From Desulfomonilia bacterium (GTDB lineage: Bacteria > Desulfobacterota > Desulfomonilia > UBA1062), in contig CAXXDQ010000007.1 in NCBI GenBank assembly GCA_963664325.2, positions 672,001 through 736,000 of the forward strand: a stretch of 64,000 bases of DNA, read 5' to 3'. Shown piece by piece: positions 10,478 through 19,941 of this stretch (position 1 is its first letter; every line of letters starts with the position of its first letter). The notes under the pieces are model-generated. The model did no database searches. It was given only the letters and a program-made list of their open reading frames with translations, and was not told the origin of the DNA. The translations under genes were made by a program, and so were the position numbers.

Positions 10478-10624
10478 ATGGAACTTATCATTGCTTTCCT
10501 GATTACAGGTATTTCAGCCGCATATCTCATCACAGCCATATACGGCCGGCTCAAAAAACCTTCCTGTTCATGCGGGTGCGGACAGTGCCCTCTGGATAAG
10601 CAGCACACATGTGACAAGAAATAG
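10478..10624 (+). CDS. FeoB-associated Cys-rich small membrane protein
   Basis: MELIIAFLITGISAAYLI...CSCGCGQCP; AAGGAG before ATG 10478. Confidence 0.8.
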   Translation: MELIIAFLITGISAAYLITAIYGRLKKPSCSCGCGQCPLDKQHTCDKK

Positions 10625-10669
10625 GATTTCCCCTTTCACTGTAACTTAATTAAGGCCGTCATAACAAAA

Positions 10670-10701
10670 CAGGGCAGGCATCTTTGCCTACCCTGGATTT
10701 T
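10670..10701 (+). terminator. intrinsic terminator after feo operon
   Basis: CAGGGCAGGCA-TCTT-TGCCTACCCTG then GATTTT. Confidence 0.6.
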
Positions 10702-10710
10702 ATTCCGTGT

Positions 10711-10737
10711 AAAGGCTGCGGATTAGCCTGCAGCCTT
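10711..10737 (-). terminator. intrinsic terminator after OmpA/MotB gene
   Basis: AAGGCTGCGG-ATTAG-CCTGCAGCCTT hairpin. Confidence 0.55.
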
Positions 10738-10753
10738 CTCTAACATCTCATTG

Positions 10754-11449
10754 CTATTTTCTCTTGGGCATCAATATGATTTCCATGCGGCGGTTCTTTG
10801 CGCGGCCTTCAGGCGTTGCATTGTCGGCAACAGGCCTGTATTCACTGAATCCCGATGCGCACAGAAGGGCCGGGTCAACACCGTCGGCCTGCAATAACTT
10901 GACAACAGATATTGCGCGGGCCGCGGAGAGTTCCCAGTTGGTCGCGAACTTCTTTGCAAGCGATGCGCTCATCTGAACATTGTCGGTATAACCGGCTATG
11001 ACGACATCCTGATCCTTGACCTCTTTCAGGACGCCTGCGACCTTTTTAAGCGCTTCTTTCCCCTCCTTTTTCACATCCGCCCGGCCGGAATCGAACAGGA
11101 TAGCCTCAACCATTGTAAGCGTGAGCTTCCCTTCAAGCTCCTTCAGGGTGACTTCTTTGGAAGCGAGTTCCGCCTTCATGGCATCCTGCATCTGGGCAAA
11201 TGCCGCGCTCTGCTGTTTGACCTGGACTTCCTTTGTCTGGATCTCCTTTGCCTTTGCAGCCAAAGCCTTATCCTTGGCGGCTATATCATTCTTGGCGGCA
11301 TCCAATGCCTTGTTGCATGAATCCTTGTCCTGCTGCAACTGCGCCACTTCATTCGTTAGGTTGAGATTTGCCTTTTTCAATTTACCGCAGCATCCTGACA
11401 CCGAAAAAGCAACCAGGATAATAAACGTGGCGTAAAATAACCTCTTCAT
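10754..11449 (-). CDS. OmpA/MotB peptidoglycan-binding lipoprotein with coiled coil
   Basis: Lipobox VSGC, coiled coil, LFDSG, GYTD, NWELSAARA, NRRMEI. Confidence 0.9.
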   Translation of the reverse strand: MKRLFYATFIILVAFSVSGCCGKLKKANLNLTNEVAQLQQDKDSCNKALDAAKNDIAAKDKALAAKAKEIQTKEVQVKQQSAAFAQMQDAMKAELASKEVTLKELEGKLTLTMVEAILFDSGRADVKKEGKEALKKVAGVLKEVKDQDVVIAGYTDNVQMSASLAKKFATNWELSAARAISVVKLLQADGVDPALLCASGFSEYRPVADNATPEGRAKNRRMEIILMPKRK

Positions 11450-11658
11450 ACTGTACCCCCTTTGGATTTTAGATTTTTTGATGATTATCAGTTTTATATC
11501 GGCACTTAAAAAAATAATAATTAAACTTTCGTATCAAATATTTTCAGCATGAGCGATAATGCCATAAACCTAGCGGAACCGAGAGCCATTGCAAAGCCTT
11601 TTTCATTGGTGTCTGTACACTTTAACCGGTCCGTACACGTGCGGAAAATTCGATAAGC

Positions 11659-12669
11659 TCAGGTTTTTTCTTCTCCCTCCGCGTCGCTCAAGCCGGGTTC
11701 AATGCAACCGGCTTCCCGCAAAACCTCATCAACCCTGTTGTGATATCTCGGTGAAATATGCATAGGCACAATTTTCTTCGCCCTTATACACCTGGAAATC
11801 TCGCAGGCCTGCCTTGCTGTAAGGTGCGCTCTGGTGTAGGCCTCGTCCTTCATCTCATCAAGGAAAAACGCCTCTATAAACAGGGTGTCGGCCTCTTCTG
11901 CTATAGCCCTGAACCTTTCAATATTTTCCCGGGAATACCTGACATCCGCGAGATATGCTATTTTCTGACCTTTCGTTATCATTGCAATATCTTCTGCAAT
12001 CTCATCGGAACCAATTGCAATCTTTCCGCCGGCTGTTTCAATCTCGATGCCGCCTGACACGCCGGAAAGGATCATCTCTTTGAGCAGGCCGACCCACGGC
12101 CCGGGAATGAACCCCCTTTGTGAAATCATGTCGGGTCTTATGTTTACATGAAACTTCTCTCTTACCGCAAAGGCCAGGCACGGGATGTTGTGGTCAAGGA
12201 TTATGGCATCCACGATAAACCTCGGGTCGGCATATATCTCAACTCCTGATCTTTTCCCTTCAAGGACGCCTGCTTCGGCAAATCCCGCAGATGCACTGAG
12301 CGTAATGCTTTTGACTGAATCCTCCAGTATCTCGCTGACATTGATCGTCAGAGGGTATTCCGCAGTAAGGTTCCAGGTGTATGAACCGAGTTTTGCCATG
12401 AGCTTTTCGATTATGCCCCGGGGGCCGAAAACCTTCAGGGGCTTTTCCCTGTGCAGGATCACCCTCAGCAGGGAGTCAAAACCAACAAAATGATCCATGT
12501 GCATATGAGTTACGAACACGGCATCGAGCAGCAGCAGTTCCCTGTTTGAGAGTTCCAGAAATCTGCCGCAGTCGAACATCACGGCCCGGTTCTCGTTGAT
12601 AAGCCGCAGATATACTATGGGATCAAACAGCGGGCCGTTGACAAGCCTGACAATGAATGAGGACCTCAT
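11659..12669 (-). CDS. ribonuclease Z-like metallo-beta-lactamase fold hydrolase
   Basis: FDCG, THMHMDH, LDH, AHLT, PMHISPRY. Confidence 0.85.
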   Translation of the reverse strand: MRSSFIVRLVNGPLFDPIVYLRLINENRAVMFDCGRFLELSNRELLLLDAVFVTHMHMDHFVGFDSLLRVILHREKPLKVFGPRGIIEKLMAKLGSYTWNLTAEYPLTINVSEILEDSVKSITLSASAGFAEAGVLEGKRSGVEIYADPRFIVDAIILDHNIPCLAFAVREKFHVNIRPDMISQRGFIPGPWVGLLKEMILSGVSGGIEIETAGGKIAIGSDEIAEDIAMITKGQKIAYLADVRYSRENIERFRAIAEEADTLFIEAFFLDEMKDEAYTRAHLTARQACEISRCIRAKKIVPMHISPRYHNRVDEVLREAGCIEPGLSDAEGEEKT

Positions 12670-14717
12670 GAAACGCTGTCTGGAATATGATCAAGATCGG
12701 CGAGCCATGGCGTATCCTCGCTGTCGCTCGGCGCCCTGTAATCGCCCCGGGGAGACAGCGATCCGCCGGATCCTATCTTGGGGCTGTTCGGAACGCAGGT
12801 GCGCTTGAACTGGCTTTGCTTGAAAAATCTTTTGATAAAGACTCCCATCCATTTTTTAATTTCGGATATGCCGTAGCTGTTTCTGCTGCCCTCGGGCACG
12901 TCAGGCCATGTTCCGCCGGCCTTGTCATGCCAGGCGTTCCACGCCATGAATGCGATCTTGGTCGGGAGGTAGCCGAACCTCGTGAAGTAATAGAGGTTGA
13001 AGTCCTGGAGTTCATAGGGCCCAACCGTGTCCTCAGTGCGCTGGGCCGGCTGGCCGTTCACGGTTCCCGGTATCAGTTCCGGGCTTATCTCGGTATCAAG
13101 AATATCGGTAAGGCATGAGGAGGCCTCTGCCCCGAAGATGCCTTTCATAGCAACCCATCTGAGTATGTACTGTATCAGGGTCTTCGGCACGCTGGCGTTC
13201 ACGTTGTAATGCGACATATGGTCTCCTACCCCGTATGTGCACCAGCCCAGAGCCAGTTCGCTGAGATCGCCCGTGCCGACGACCAGGGCGTTTTCAAAGT
13301 TCGCAATCCTGAACAGGAGCGACGTCCTCTGCCCGGCCTGGATGTTTTCAAAGGTGATGTCATATACATTGCCGCCCTTGGCGAACGGGTGCCCTATGTC
13401 CTTCATCATCTGAAGACAGCCCTCTCTGATATCGATTTCCCGCGAATCCACGCCAAGTGCGGACATCAGCCTGAGCGAATTTTTATAGGTCTTGTCCGTA
13501 GTTGCAAATCCGGGGAGCGTATAAGCTTTAATATTTGTCCTCGGAAGCCCCAGAACATCCATTGTCCTTGCGCATACGATGAGGGCATTGGTCGAATCAA
13601 GCCCGCCTGAAACGCCTATGACAAGGTTCTTTATTTCTGAGGATTTCATGCGTTTTGTCAGGCCCTGGACCTGGATATTGTAAATCTCATAACATCTTTT
13701 ATCCCTTAAAGCCTGGTCTGCAGGCACATACGGAAACCTCGATATATCCCTTTTCAGGCCGATCTTTCCCTTGGGCAGGTTGATATTGAACGGCACTTCC
13801 CTGAAATTTCCGTAATTTTCCACCAACCTTTTTGCGCCATACGAAAAAGACTGTGTCCTCATCCTGTCATGGACCAGCCGGTCAAGGTCTATGTCCGCAA
13901 AAAGCACTCGAGAATCCCATGAGAATCTTTCCGATTCAGCCAGGAGAGTCCCGTTCTCGTAAATAATCGCATGGCCGTCCCAGGCAAGGTCGGTAGTCGA
14001 TTCGCCAGGGCCTGCTGCAGTGTAAATATATGCTGCAAGACATCTTGCGGATTGGTTCGATACAAGCGAATGCCGGTATTCATCCTTGCCCATCAGGATA
14101 TTTGAAGCGGACAGGTTGGCAATGACGGTGGCCCCTGACAATGCTGCGAATCCTGACGGGGGTACAGGTGTCCAGACATCTTCACATATTTCAGTAAACA
14201 GCCTGAATCCGGGGATGTTTTCGGCATTGAAAATAAGGTCGGCGCCGATCGGCACCCTCTGTCCGAGGAGGTCTGTCATATCGCAGGCCAGCTCAAGGGC
14301 AGGCCTGAAATGGCGCACCTCGTAAAATTCCCTGTAATTGGGGAGATAACTTTTAACAGCTATGCCCAGGATCTTGCCGTCCTGCATTACAATAGCACAG
14401 TTATACAGCGAATCTCCGACAACAAGCGGTGCACCGACAATGGCGACAAGCGGCAGGTTCTCGGTGGCAGCAAGGACCCTTTTCAGTGCCTCGTGAACCC
14501 CTTCAAGAAGCGCCTTCTGGAAAAAAAGGTCTTCATTTGTATAACCGGAAATCCCCAGTTCGGGAAAGACGGCAAGCAGGGCATTCCCTTCTGCCGCCCT
14601 GCCGAGAAGCCCGATTGTCTTCTCTGCATTAAACAGCGGGTCGGATACCTTCACTTCGGGGATGCAGGCAGCAACCTTTATAAATCCATGCGAGAACAGA
14701 TTGAAGAAATCCTTCAC
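12666..14717 (-). CDS. nadE: glutamine-dependent NAD+ synthetase
   Basis: Nitrilase domain (FPEL, K, EICED) plus SGGLDS synthetase domain. Confidence 0.95.
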   Translation of the reverse strand: MKDFFNLFSHGFIKVAACIPEVKVSDPLFNAEKTIGLLGRAAEGNALLAVFPELGISGYTNEDLFFQKALLEGVHEALKRVLAATENLPLVAIVGAPLVVGDSLYNCAIVMQDGKILGIAVKSYLPNYREFYEVRHFRPALELACDMTDLLGQRVPIGADLIFNAENIPGFRLFTEICEDVWTPVPPSGFAALSGATVIANLSASNILMGKDEYRHSLVSNQSARCLAAYIYTAAGPGESTTDLAWDGHAIIYENGTLLAESERFSWDSRVLFADIDLDRLVHDRMRTQSFSYGAKRLVENYGNFREVPFNINLPKGKIGLKRDISRFPYVPADQALRDKRCYEIYNIQVQGLTKRMKSSEIKNLVIGVSGGLDSTNALIVCARTMDVLGLPRTNIKAYTLPGFATTDKTYKNSLRLMSALGVDSREIDIREGCLQMMKDIGHPFAKGGNVYDITFENIQAGQRTSLLFRIANFENALVVGTGDLSELALGWCTYGVGDHMSHYNVNASVPKTLIQYILRWVAMKGIFGAEASSCLTDILDTEISPELIPGTVNGQPAQRTEDTVGPYELQDFNLYYFTRFGYLPTKIAFMAWNAWHDKAGGTWPDVPEGSRNSYGISEIKKWMGVFIKRFFKQSQFKRTCVPNSPKIGSGGSLSPRGDYRAPSDSEDTPWLADLDHIPDSVS

Positions 14718-14851
14718 ACGCCCTCCGGTACTATTTTATTTGCCGTATATACCATATCGGCAAAATATTTTCTTAAAGAAAACTTTTTATCGCTTTACAA
14801 AGAGGTATGATAAGAACATTATGCAGTCCGCATACAGGAGGTATTCATCAG

Positions 14852-15673
14852 ATGAAGCCCATTCATAAATTCCCTTCCACAACAACCAGCAAGCCGGCTG
14901 CTCAATCCATCAGACTGCTCAGCTATAACATTCAGGTAGGCATAAGCACAAAAAAAGGCATGGACTACTTCACCAGCAGTTGGAAGCATTTCATGCCGCA
15001 TACGAAAAGGATTGAAAACCTCAAGAGGCTCGCCATGCTCATAAGCGAATATGACATAGTAGGCCTTCAGGAGCTTGACAGCGGGAGCTTCCGTTCGGGG
15101 TTCGTGAACCAGAGCGAATACCTGGCAGCGGCCGGCGGTTTTGACTGCTGGTACGACAAGATAAACCGCAACATGGGCCCTGTAGCAAAACACAGCATGG
15201 GCATGCTCAGCAGATTTCAGCCTGACAACGTTGAGCGTCATGACCTGCCCGGGTTTCCGGGCCGCGGCTGTCTGGCCGTGACATACGGAAATGACAGGGA
15301 CCTCGGTATCATCATGACCCACCTGTCCCTTGGAAAAAGGGCCAGGCTGAAACAGGTGGATTTTCTGTGCGAGCTGATCGCGGATTTCTCGAATGTCGTA
15401 TTGATGGGGGACCTCAACTGTATTCCCAAGAGCGAAGAGATCGTGAAACTGAAGGAAAAAGCAGGCCTCAGGGATTATGGATCTTCAAATCCGAGCTATC
15501 CGAGCTGGGACCCGGTACAGAGGCTGGATCATATACTCGTTTCTTCGAACATGAACATCAGAAACACCAGAGTTCTGCCGTGGTCGCTCTCCGATCACCT
15601 GCCGATTTCAATGGAAATAGAACTCGGCGGAAATATCCTGCCCGCAGGGCTCAGGCTGAAAAAGGCTGCATAG
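14852..15673 (+). CDS. endonuclease/exonuclease/phosphatase family protein
   Basis: SYNIQ, LQE, THLSL, GDLN, LDHIL, SDHLP; AGGAGG upstream. Confidence 0.9.
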   Translation: MKPIHKFPSTTTSKPAAQSIRLLSYNIQVGISTKKGMDYFTSSWKHFMPHTKRIENLKRLAMLISEYDIVGLQELDSGSFRSGFVNQSEYLAAAGGFDCWYDKINRNMGPVAKHSMGMLSRFQPDNVERHDLPGFPGRGCLAVTYGNDRDLGIIMTHLSLGKRARLKQVDFLCELIADFSNVVLMGDLNCIPKSEEIVKLKEKAGLRDYGSSNPSYPSWDPVQRLDHILVSSNMNIRNTRVLPWSLSDHLPISMEIELGGNILPAGLRLKKAA

Positions 15674-15674
15674 G

Positions 15675-15706
15675 AAAAAATCCCGGCCTGGATAGGCCGG
15701 GGGTTT
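15675..15706. terminator. bidirectional terminator
   Basis: AAAAAAT-CCCGGCCT-GGAT-AGGCCGGG-GGTTT between convergent genes. Confidence 0.7.
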
Positions 15707-15714
15707 GGCAAAGC

Positions 15715-15879
15715 TTACAATTCCTTGTTTAGGACTTTTTCTTTGAGAATATCCCACTGCTCTCTTGTAAGCGTGCATATATTCTTGTCTTCACCGATGA
15801 CTACCCTTTCCCTTTCCACCCTGACTTCCGGACAGCATGACCCTTCCTTGCAAAGCTTAACAGTGATTTCTTTTTCCAT
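15715..15879 (-). CDS. small Cys-containing hypothetical protein (54 aa), not in ORF track
   Basis: MEKEITVKLCKEGSCCPEVRVERERVVIGEDKNICTLTREQWDILKEKVLNKEL*; AAGGAG RBS; ends at the terminator. Confidence 0.75.
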   Translation of the reverse strand: MEKEITVKLCKEGSCCPEVRVERERVVIGEDKNICTLTREQWDILKEKVLNKEL

Positions 15880-16165
15880 TTAGCATCTCCTTCAGGTTTA
15901 AATATTTTATAGAATCCTTATTAGTGTCATAAAAGTTTAAAATCAATACCCGGCATGATTTTTTTTGCCTGGTAACTGTGAACTGCGGCTAAGAAATTTT
16001 TTTGTTGGCCGAGGTCGGGCTGAATTTGTTTAATGAGACTGAAATTTACGGTAGAGGTCTCTTGAATTATAGACATATTTTCTAGTTTTACCCATGTATT
16101 AAAATTTGTTCTAAATATTGTCTTTTAAACTGACGATAAATTTAAAAATAAGAAAGGGAGGTATT

Positions 16166-16393
16166 ATGTCACAAAAACCTAGCGATAAACTGGAAAAGCT
16201 TTTTTCATTATTTAAGCAAGCAATTACAGATGAGCAAGGGGCACAGAAGCTTTATATGGAGATGTTGAAAAATACTGATGACCCGGACTTGAAAATAATA
16301 CTTTTAGAATTTATTCAACAGGAACAAGGCCACGAGAAAACGCTAGTTAGAAGGTACAACGCCTTAAGAAAATCAGGAAAGTTTGAGGGATAA
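16166..16393 (+). CDS. small ferritin/rubrerythrin-like protein
   Basis: AITDEQGAQKLY...QEQGHE (E...ExxH half diiron site); GGGAGG RBS. Confidence 0.75.
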   Translation: MSQKPSDKLEKLFSLFKQAITDEQGAQKLYMEMLKNTDDPDLKIILLEFIQQEQGHEKTLVRRYNALRKSGKFEG

Positions 16394-16403
16394 TAACTTC
16401 GCT

Positions 16404-16581
16404 TCATTTTAAAAGTTCTAATACTTCATCTATTGTCCACTCATGATCTGCAACCACTGCTTTCATTGCAGGTATAATCCTCAATGTCTGGTGAATCCTA
16501 CGGAAAATATAGGGATACAGTACAAGCCATATTGTACATCTTCTTGGAAAAACCATTTGTCAATTTTGTAAACTTTTTCAA
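16404..16581 (-). pseudogene. IS1-family-like transposase C-terminal remnant (frameshifted)
   Basis: Minus strand reads KKFTKLTNGFSKKMYNMACTVSLYF, then in another frame RIHQTLRIIPAMKAVVADHEWTIDEVL*. This matches the RFTRLTNxFSKK...RIHxTLRxTPAM...DHxW tail of IS1-like DDE transposases. Confidence 0.75.
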
Positions 16582-16622
16582 CCCGCTATTGAATTTCCCG
16601 TCGATTTGACTTTCAGACCCGC

Positions 16623-19067
16623 ATGCCTTACATATGCCCTATGAGTTTTTTCTTAAAACTATTCGGAATTAAAAAGGAAACGGCAAACGTCACGTCTCCG
16701 GCAAAACGCCTCAAGGTCCTGCCGGTTCTGCCTTTAAAGGATACCATCCTTGTTCCCGGTGCCCTTCTGCCTCTTCTGGTCTCAAATTCCGCATCGATAG
16801 AGCTTGTCAGGAGGTTTCACGAAAAGAATGAACCTTTCATAGCCGTCGGGATCAGGAATTCCAAATCCGCGAATACGGACATATGGGAGAGCATCTTCAG
16901 GACAGGCTGCCTGGCTTACATAGTAAAGCTCACCGAGAACGATAACGGGGAGGTCTCTATCATGGTCAGGGGAGACCACAAGGTCTTTCTTGAAAGCAAG
17001 GTCGAAACGTCACCTCTGCTCAAGGCCGGCGTGATATACTTTGATGATGACCTGGGCGTCACCCGTGATGTCCAGGCGCTGGTTCATTCAACCGTTCAGG
17101 CGCTCGATCAGCTTGCAAGGCTTTCCTACCATGGCATGGATTCGGCAATAGCAGGCATGGCTAAAATAAGAGACCCGCTTGTGCTGTTGAGCACGGTTAC
17201 AACAACCCTGCCTCTTCCTGTTGAAAAAAAACAGCAGGTGCTTGAGCTGAAGTCCCTTGCCGACAAGTTTTCCCTGCTCCATCAGGTGCTTAGGGATGAA
17301 CTGGACATACTCGAGACTTCCTCCCGCATAACGGAAAAGGCAAAAGGCGACATCAGCCATGCCCAGAGGGAGTATTATTTAAAACAGCAGATGAAGGCCA
17401 TCAAGAAAGAGCTGGGAGAATCGCCCGAGACTGAAAACGAGATCGAGGATCTGAAAAAGGAGATCGAGGCCAAAAACCTGCCCGAGGCTGTCAAAAAGGA
17501 CGTTGACAAGGATATAAAGCGCCTTGCCCGGATGCAGCCGGGTTCCGCCGAATATGTGACGGTCCGTACATACATGGATTGGATACTCGAACTTCCGTGG
17601 CACGAACAGAGCGAAGACGAACTTGACATAGCACGCGTCGAATCCATTTTGAACGAAGACCATTTCGATTTGAAGCGCCCCAAGAAACGCATCATGGAGT
17701 ATCTGTCCGTAAAGAAACTGAAGAACGACATGAAAGGCCCCATCCTCTGCTTCACGGGTCCGCCGGGGGTTGGCAAGACATCACTGGGCCGTTCGATAGC
17801 GCGGGCCATGGGCAGAAAATTCGTCCGCATTTCCCTTGGCGGCATACGCGACGAGGCTGAAATACGCGGACACAGGCGGACCTACATAGGGGCCCTGCCC
17901 GGACGGATCATCAACGGCATGAAGACCTCGGGCACGACAAATCCCGTTTTCATGCTTGACGAGATAGACAAGCTTACGAGGGACATGCACGGGGACCCTG
18001 CTTCCGCTTTGCTTGAGGCGCTCGACCCCGAACAGAACTCTCATTTCACCGACCACTATCTCAATGTGCCCTACGACCTTTCCAAGGTTTTGTTCATCAC
18101 GACTGCAAACGTGACCGATTCGATTCCCGAGGCCCTCAGGGATAGGATGGAAATCGTCGAAATAGAAGGCTATACGCAGGAAGACAAGCTCAGGATCGCG
18201 AACGGATACCTGCTTCCCAAGGAACTCGAGGCGAACGGCCTTTCGCAGTTCGGCATAAGTTTCGATGACGAGGCCATCACTCACATAATAAGACATTACA
18301 CTAGGGAATCGGGAGTGCGCAACCTGCAGCGTGAAATAGCATCGGTGCTCAGGGCCATCGCATCCCGGATCGCCAGGGGCGGCGAACCAGTAAAAAAAGT
18401 GGACATCCCATTTATTGAAGAGTCATTGGGAGCGATAAAATACCTGCCAGACGCAAGAAAGCGTACGCGGATACCCGGTATATCAACCGGCCTTGCCTGG
18501 ACGCCGTACGGCGGAGAAGTCCTTTATGTCGAATCCGCGCTGGTTGACGGAAAAGACGAGATGATCCTCACCGGACAGATCGGGGATGTCATGAAGGAGT
18601 CGGCCCGCATCGGCCTCAGCCTTATTAGAGGCATGGGGATTGTCCTGCCCAAGGAAAAAACCCTGCACATCCATGTGCCCGCCGGGGCCATACCCAAAGA
18701 CGGCCCTTCCGCAGGCGTCACCATCGTGTCTTCCCTCTACTCGCTGCTGACAGGCCATGTGGCTGCAAACAACCTGGCCATGACCGGCGAGGTCACACTG
18801 AGGGGAATCGTCCTGCCTGTAGGCGGTATCAAGGAAAAGGTGCTTGCGGCAAAAAGGGCCGGCATAAGCACGGTCATCCTGCCGAAGATGAACGAAAAGG
18901 ATATTCTTGAGATTGAGCCTGAAGTGCTGGGAGATATTCAGACTGTATATGTCGAATGCATAGAGGACGTGCTCAACATAGCCTTTGAAGGGAATTGCCA
19001 GCCCGGACGAGGTCACCTTCCCGGGCAAGATGACAAGACGGCAAACAGTACTGTCGGGGTTTCCTGA
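16623..19067 (+). CDS. lon: ATP-dependent Lon protease
   Basis: LON N-domain, GPPGVGKTS, DEIDK, PKDGPSAG catalytic Ser, KEK. Confidence 0.96.
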   Translation: MPYICPMSFFLKLFGIKKETANVTSPAKRLKVLPVLPLKDTILVPGALLPLLVSNSASIELVRRFHEKNEPFIAVGIRNSKSANTDIWESIFRTGCLAYIVKLTENDNGEVSIMVRGDHKVFLESKVETSPLLKAGVIYFDDDLGVTRDVQALVHSTVQALDQLARLSYHGMDSAIAGMAKIRDPLVLLSTVTTTLPLPVEKKQQVLELKSLADKFSLLHQVLRDELDILETSSRITEKAKGDISHAQREYYLKQQMKAIKKELGESPETENEIEDLKKEIEAKNLPEAVKKDVDKDIKRLARMQPGSAEYVTVRTYMDWILELPWHEQSEDELDIARVESILNEDHFDLKRPKKRIMEYLSVKKLKNDMKGPILCFTGPPGVGKTSLGRSIARAMGRKFVRISLGGIRDEAEIRGHRRTYIGALPGRIINGMKTSGTTNPVFMLDEIDKLTRDMHGDPASALLEALDPEQNSHFTDHYLNVPYDLSKVLFITTANVTDSIPEALRDRMEIVEIEGYTQEDKLRIANGYLLPKELEANGLSQFGISFDDEAITHIIRHYTRESGVRNLQREIASVLRAIASRIARGGEPVKKVDIPFIEESLGAIKYLPDARKRTRIPGISTGLAWTPYGGEVLYVESALVDGKDEMILTGQIGDVMKESARIGLSLIRGMGIVLPKEKTLHIHVPAGAIPKDGPSAGVTIVSSLYSLLTGHVAANNLAMTGEVTLRGIVLPVGGIKEKVLAAKRAGISTVILPKMNEKDILEIEPEVLGDIQTVYVECIEDVLNIAFEGNCQPGRGHLPGQDDKTANSTVGVS

Positions 19068-19089
19068 TAACCAGATCCGTGTTCCAGGA

Positions 19090-19674
19090 CTACCACAATA
19101 TTCCGAATGAGGCAGCGGCCCCGACCTTATTGTCATAGCCTACCTGCATGGTGTAATTTTTGAGGAAATAGCCGATCCCGCCTCCGACAAAGACACCGGG
19201 CTCGTTCATCTGATTGTTTGCAGGACCCTCATCGCCGTTCAATTCTACACCGCCCGAGGCCAGAAGGAATATACCGGAGTCCTTTTCAGCTTCTATTCCG
19301 CTCTTTATGTAAAGACCGTTATTGGGGGTTTTAAAATTCTGAATACTCTCATTGCTGTCAAAACTCTTTATAAATGACAGCTTCCTGGGCAGGGAACACC
19401 CCATCGAATTGACGTATTTCATTATTGCACTGTCAGAATAACCGCTTATCTTTACCAGCAGGTGGCCGTCGTTAATCCGGGTTACACCGTTGTCACCGAT
19501 CTCCAGGCCTCCCAGAATTCCCGAACCGCCGGCAGTAACCAGCTTTTCAATCAACAAAGTATTCGGCTTGTCAGGGACGACGTTATCCGATTGAGCGGAC
19601 ATGTCCACACCCGATGCAAACAGCGTCACCGGGAAACAGATAAAAATCAGAAGAACCAGGTATATTCTGTTCAT
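19090..19674 (-). CDS. secreted/outer-membrane hypothetical protein
   Basis: Signal peptide; C-terminal amphipathic beta strands ending ...ASFGILW. Confidence 0.6.
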   Translation of the reverse strand: MNRIYLVLLIFICFPVTLFASGVDMSAQSDNVVPDKPNTLLIEKLVTAGGSGILGGLEIGDNGVTRINDGHLLVKISGYSDSAIMKYVNSMGCSLPRKLSFIKSFDSNESIQNFKTPNNGLYIKSGIEAEKDSGIFLLASGGVELNGDEGPANNQMNEPGVFVGGGIGYFLKNYTMQVGYDNKVGAAASFGILW

Positions 19675-19689
19675 ATGGTCTTATAATTG

Positions 19690-19705
19690 AGCAAATACAG
19701 TGCCA
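19690..19705 (-). promoter_or_regulatory. sigma-54 (-24/-12) promoter
   Basis: Minus strand TGGCAC-TGTAT-TTGCT, exact consensus spacing. Confidence 0.7.
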
Positions 19706-19768
19706 TAATATTAAGCCTGTCAATTCAATGCATTATGGATAATCCGGGGTTCTCGAAGCTGCCTGGTA

Positions 19769-19804
19769 TGTAATTCTTTTCACAGGAATGTAAAGATGGT
19801 TACA
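19769..19804. promoter_or_regulatory. tandem enhancer-binding-protein sites (TGT-N10-ACA x2)
   Basis: TGTAATTCTTTTCACA and TGTAAAGATGGTTACA, starts 20 bp apart, 65-100 bp upstream of the -24 element. Confidence 0.6.
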
Positions 19805-19941
19805 ATAAATACGTGTTTGTTCTGCCTCTTGATTACAATAATGTCACCTGCCCGTTTTCCATGCGGCTGGGACCTTCAGGAGGCAGGCATGTGGAAGCAT
19901 GGAATATGATATTCCAAACAGCATTCACATCATCGGGCGAA

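Noticed and set aside
19823-19886. Inverted repeat CTGCCTCTTGA...TCAGGAGGCAG
   Set aside because: Single occurrence downstream of a gene; no further support for a mobile or RNA element.
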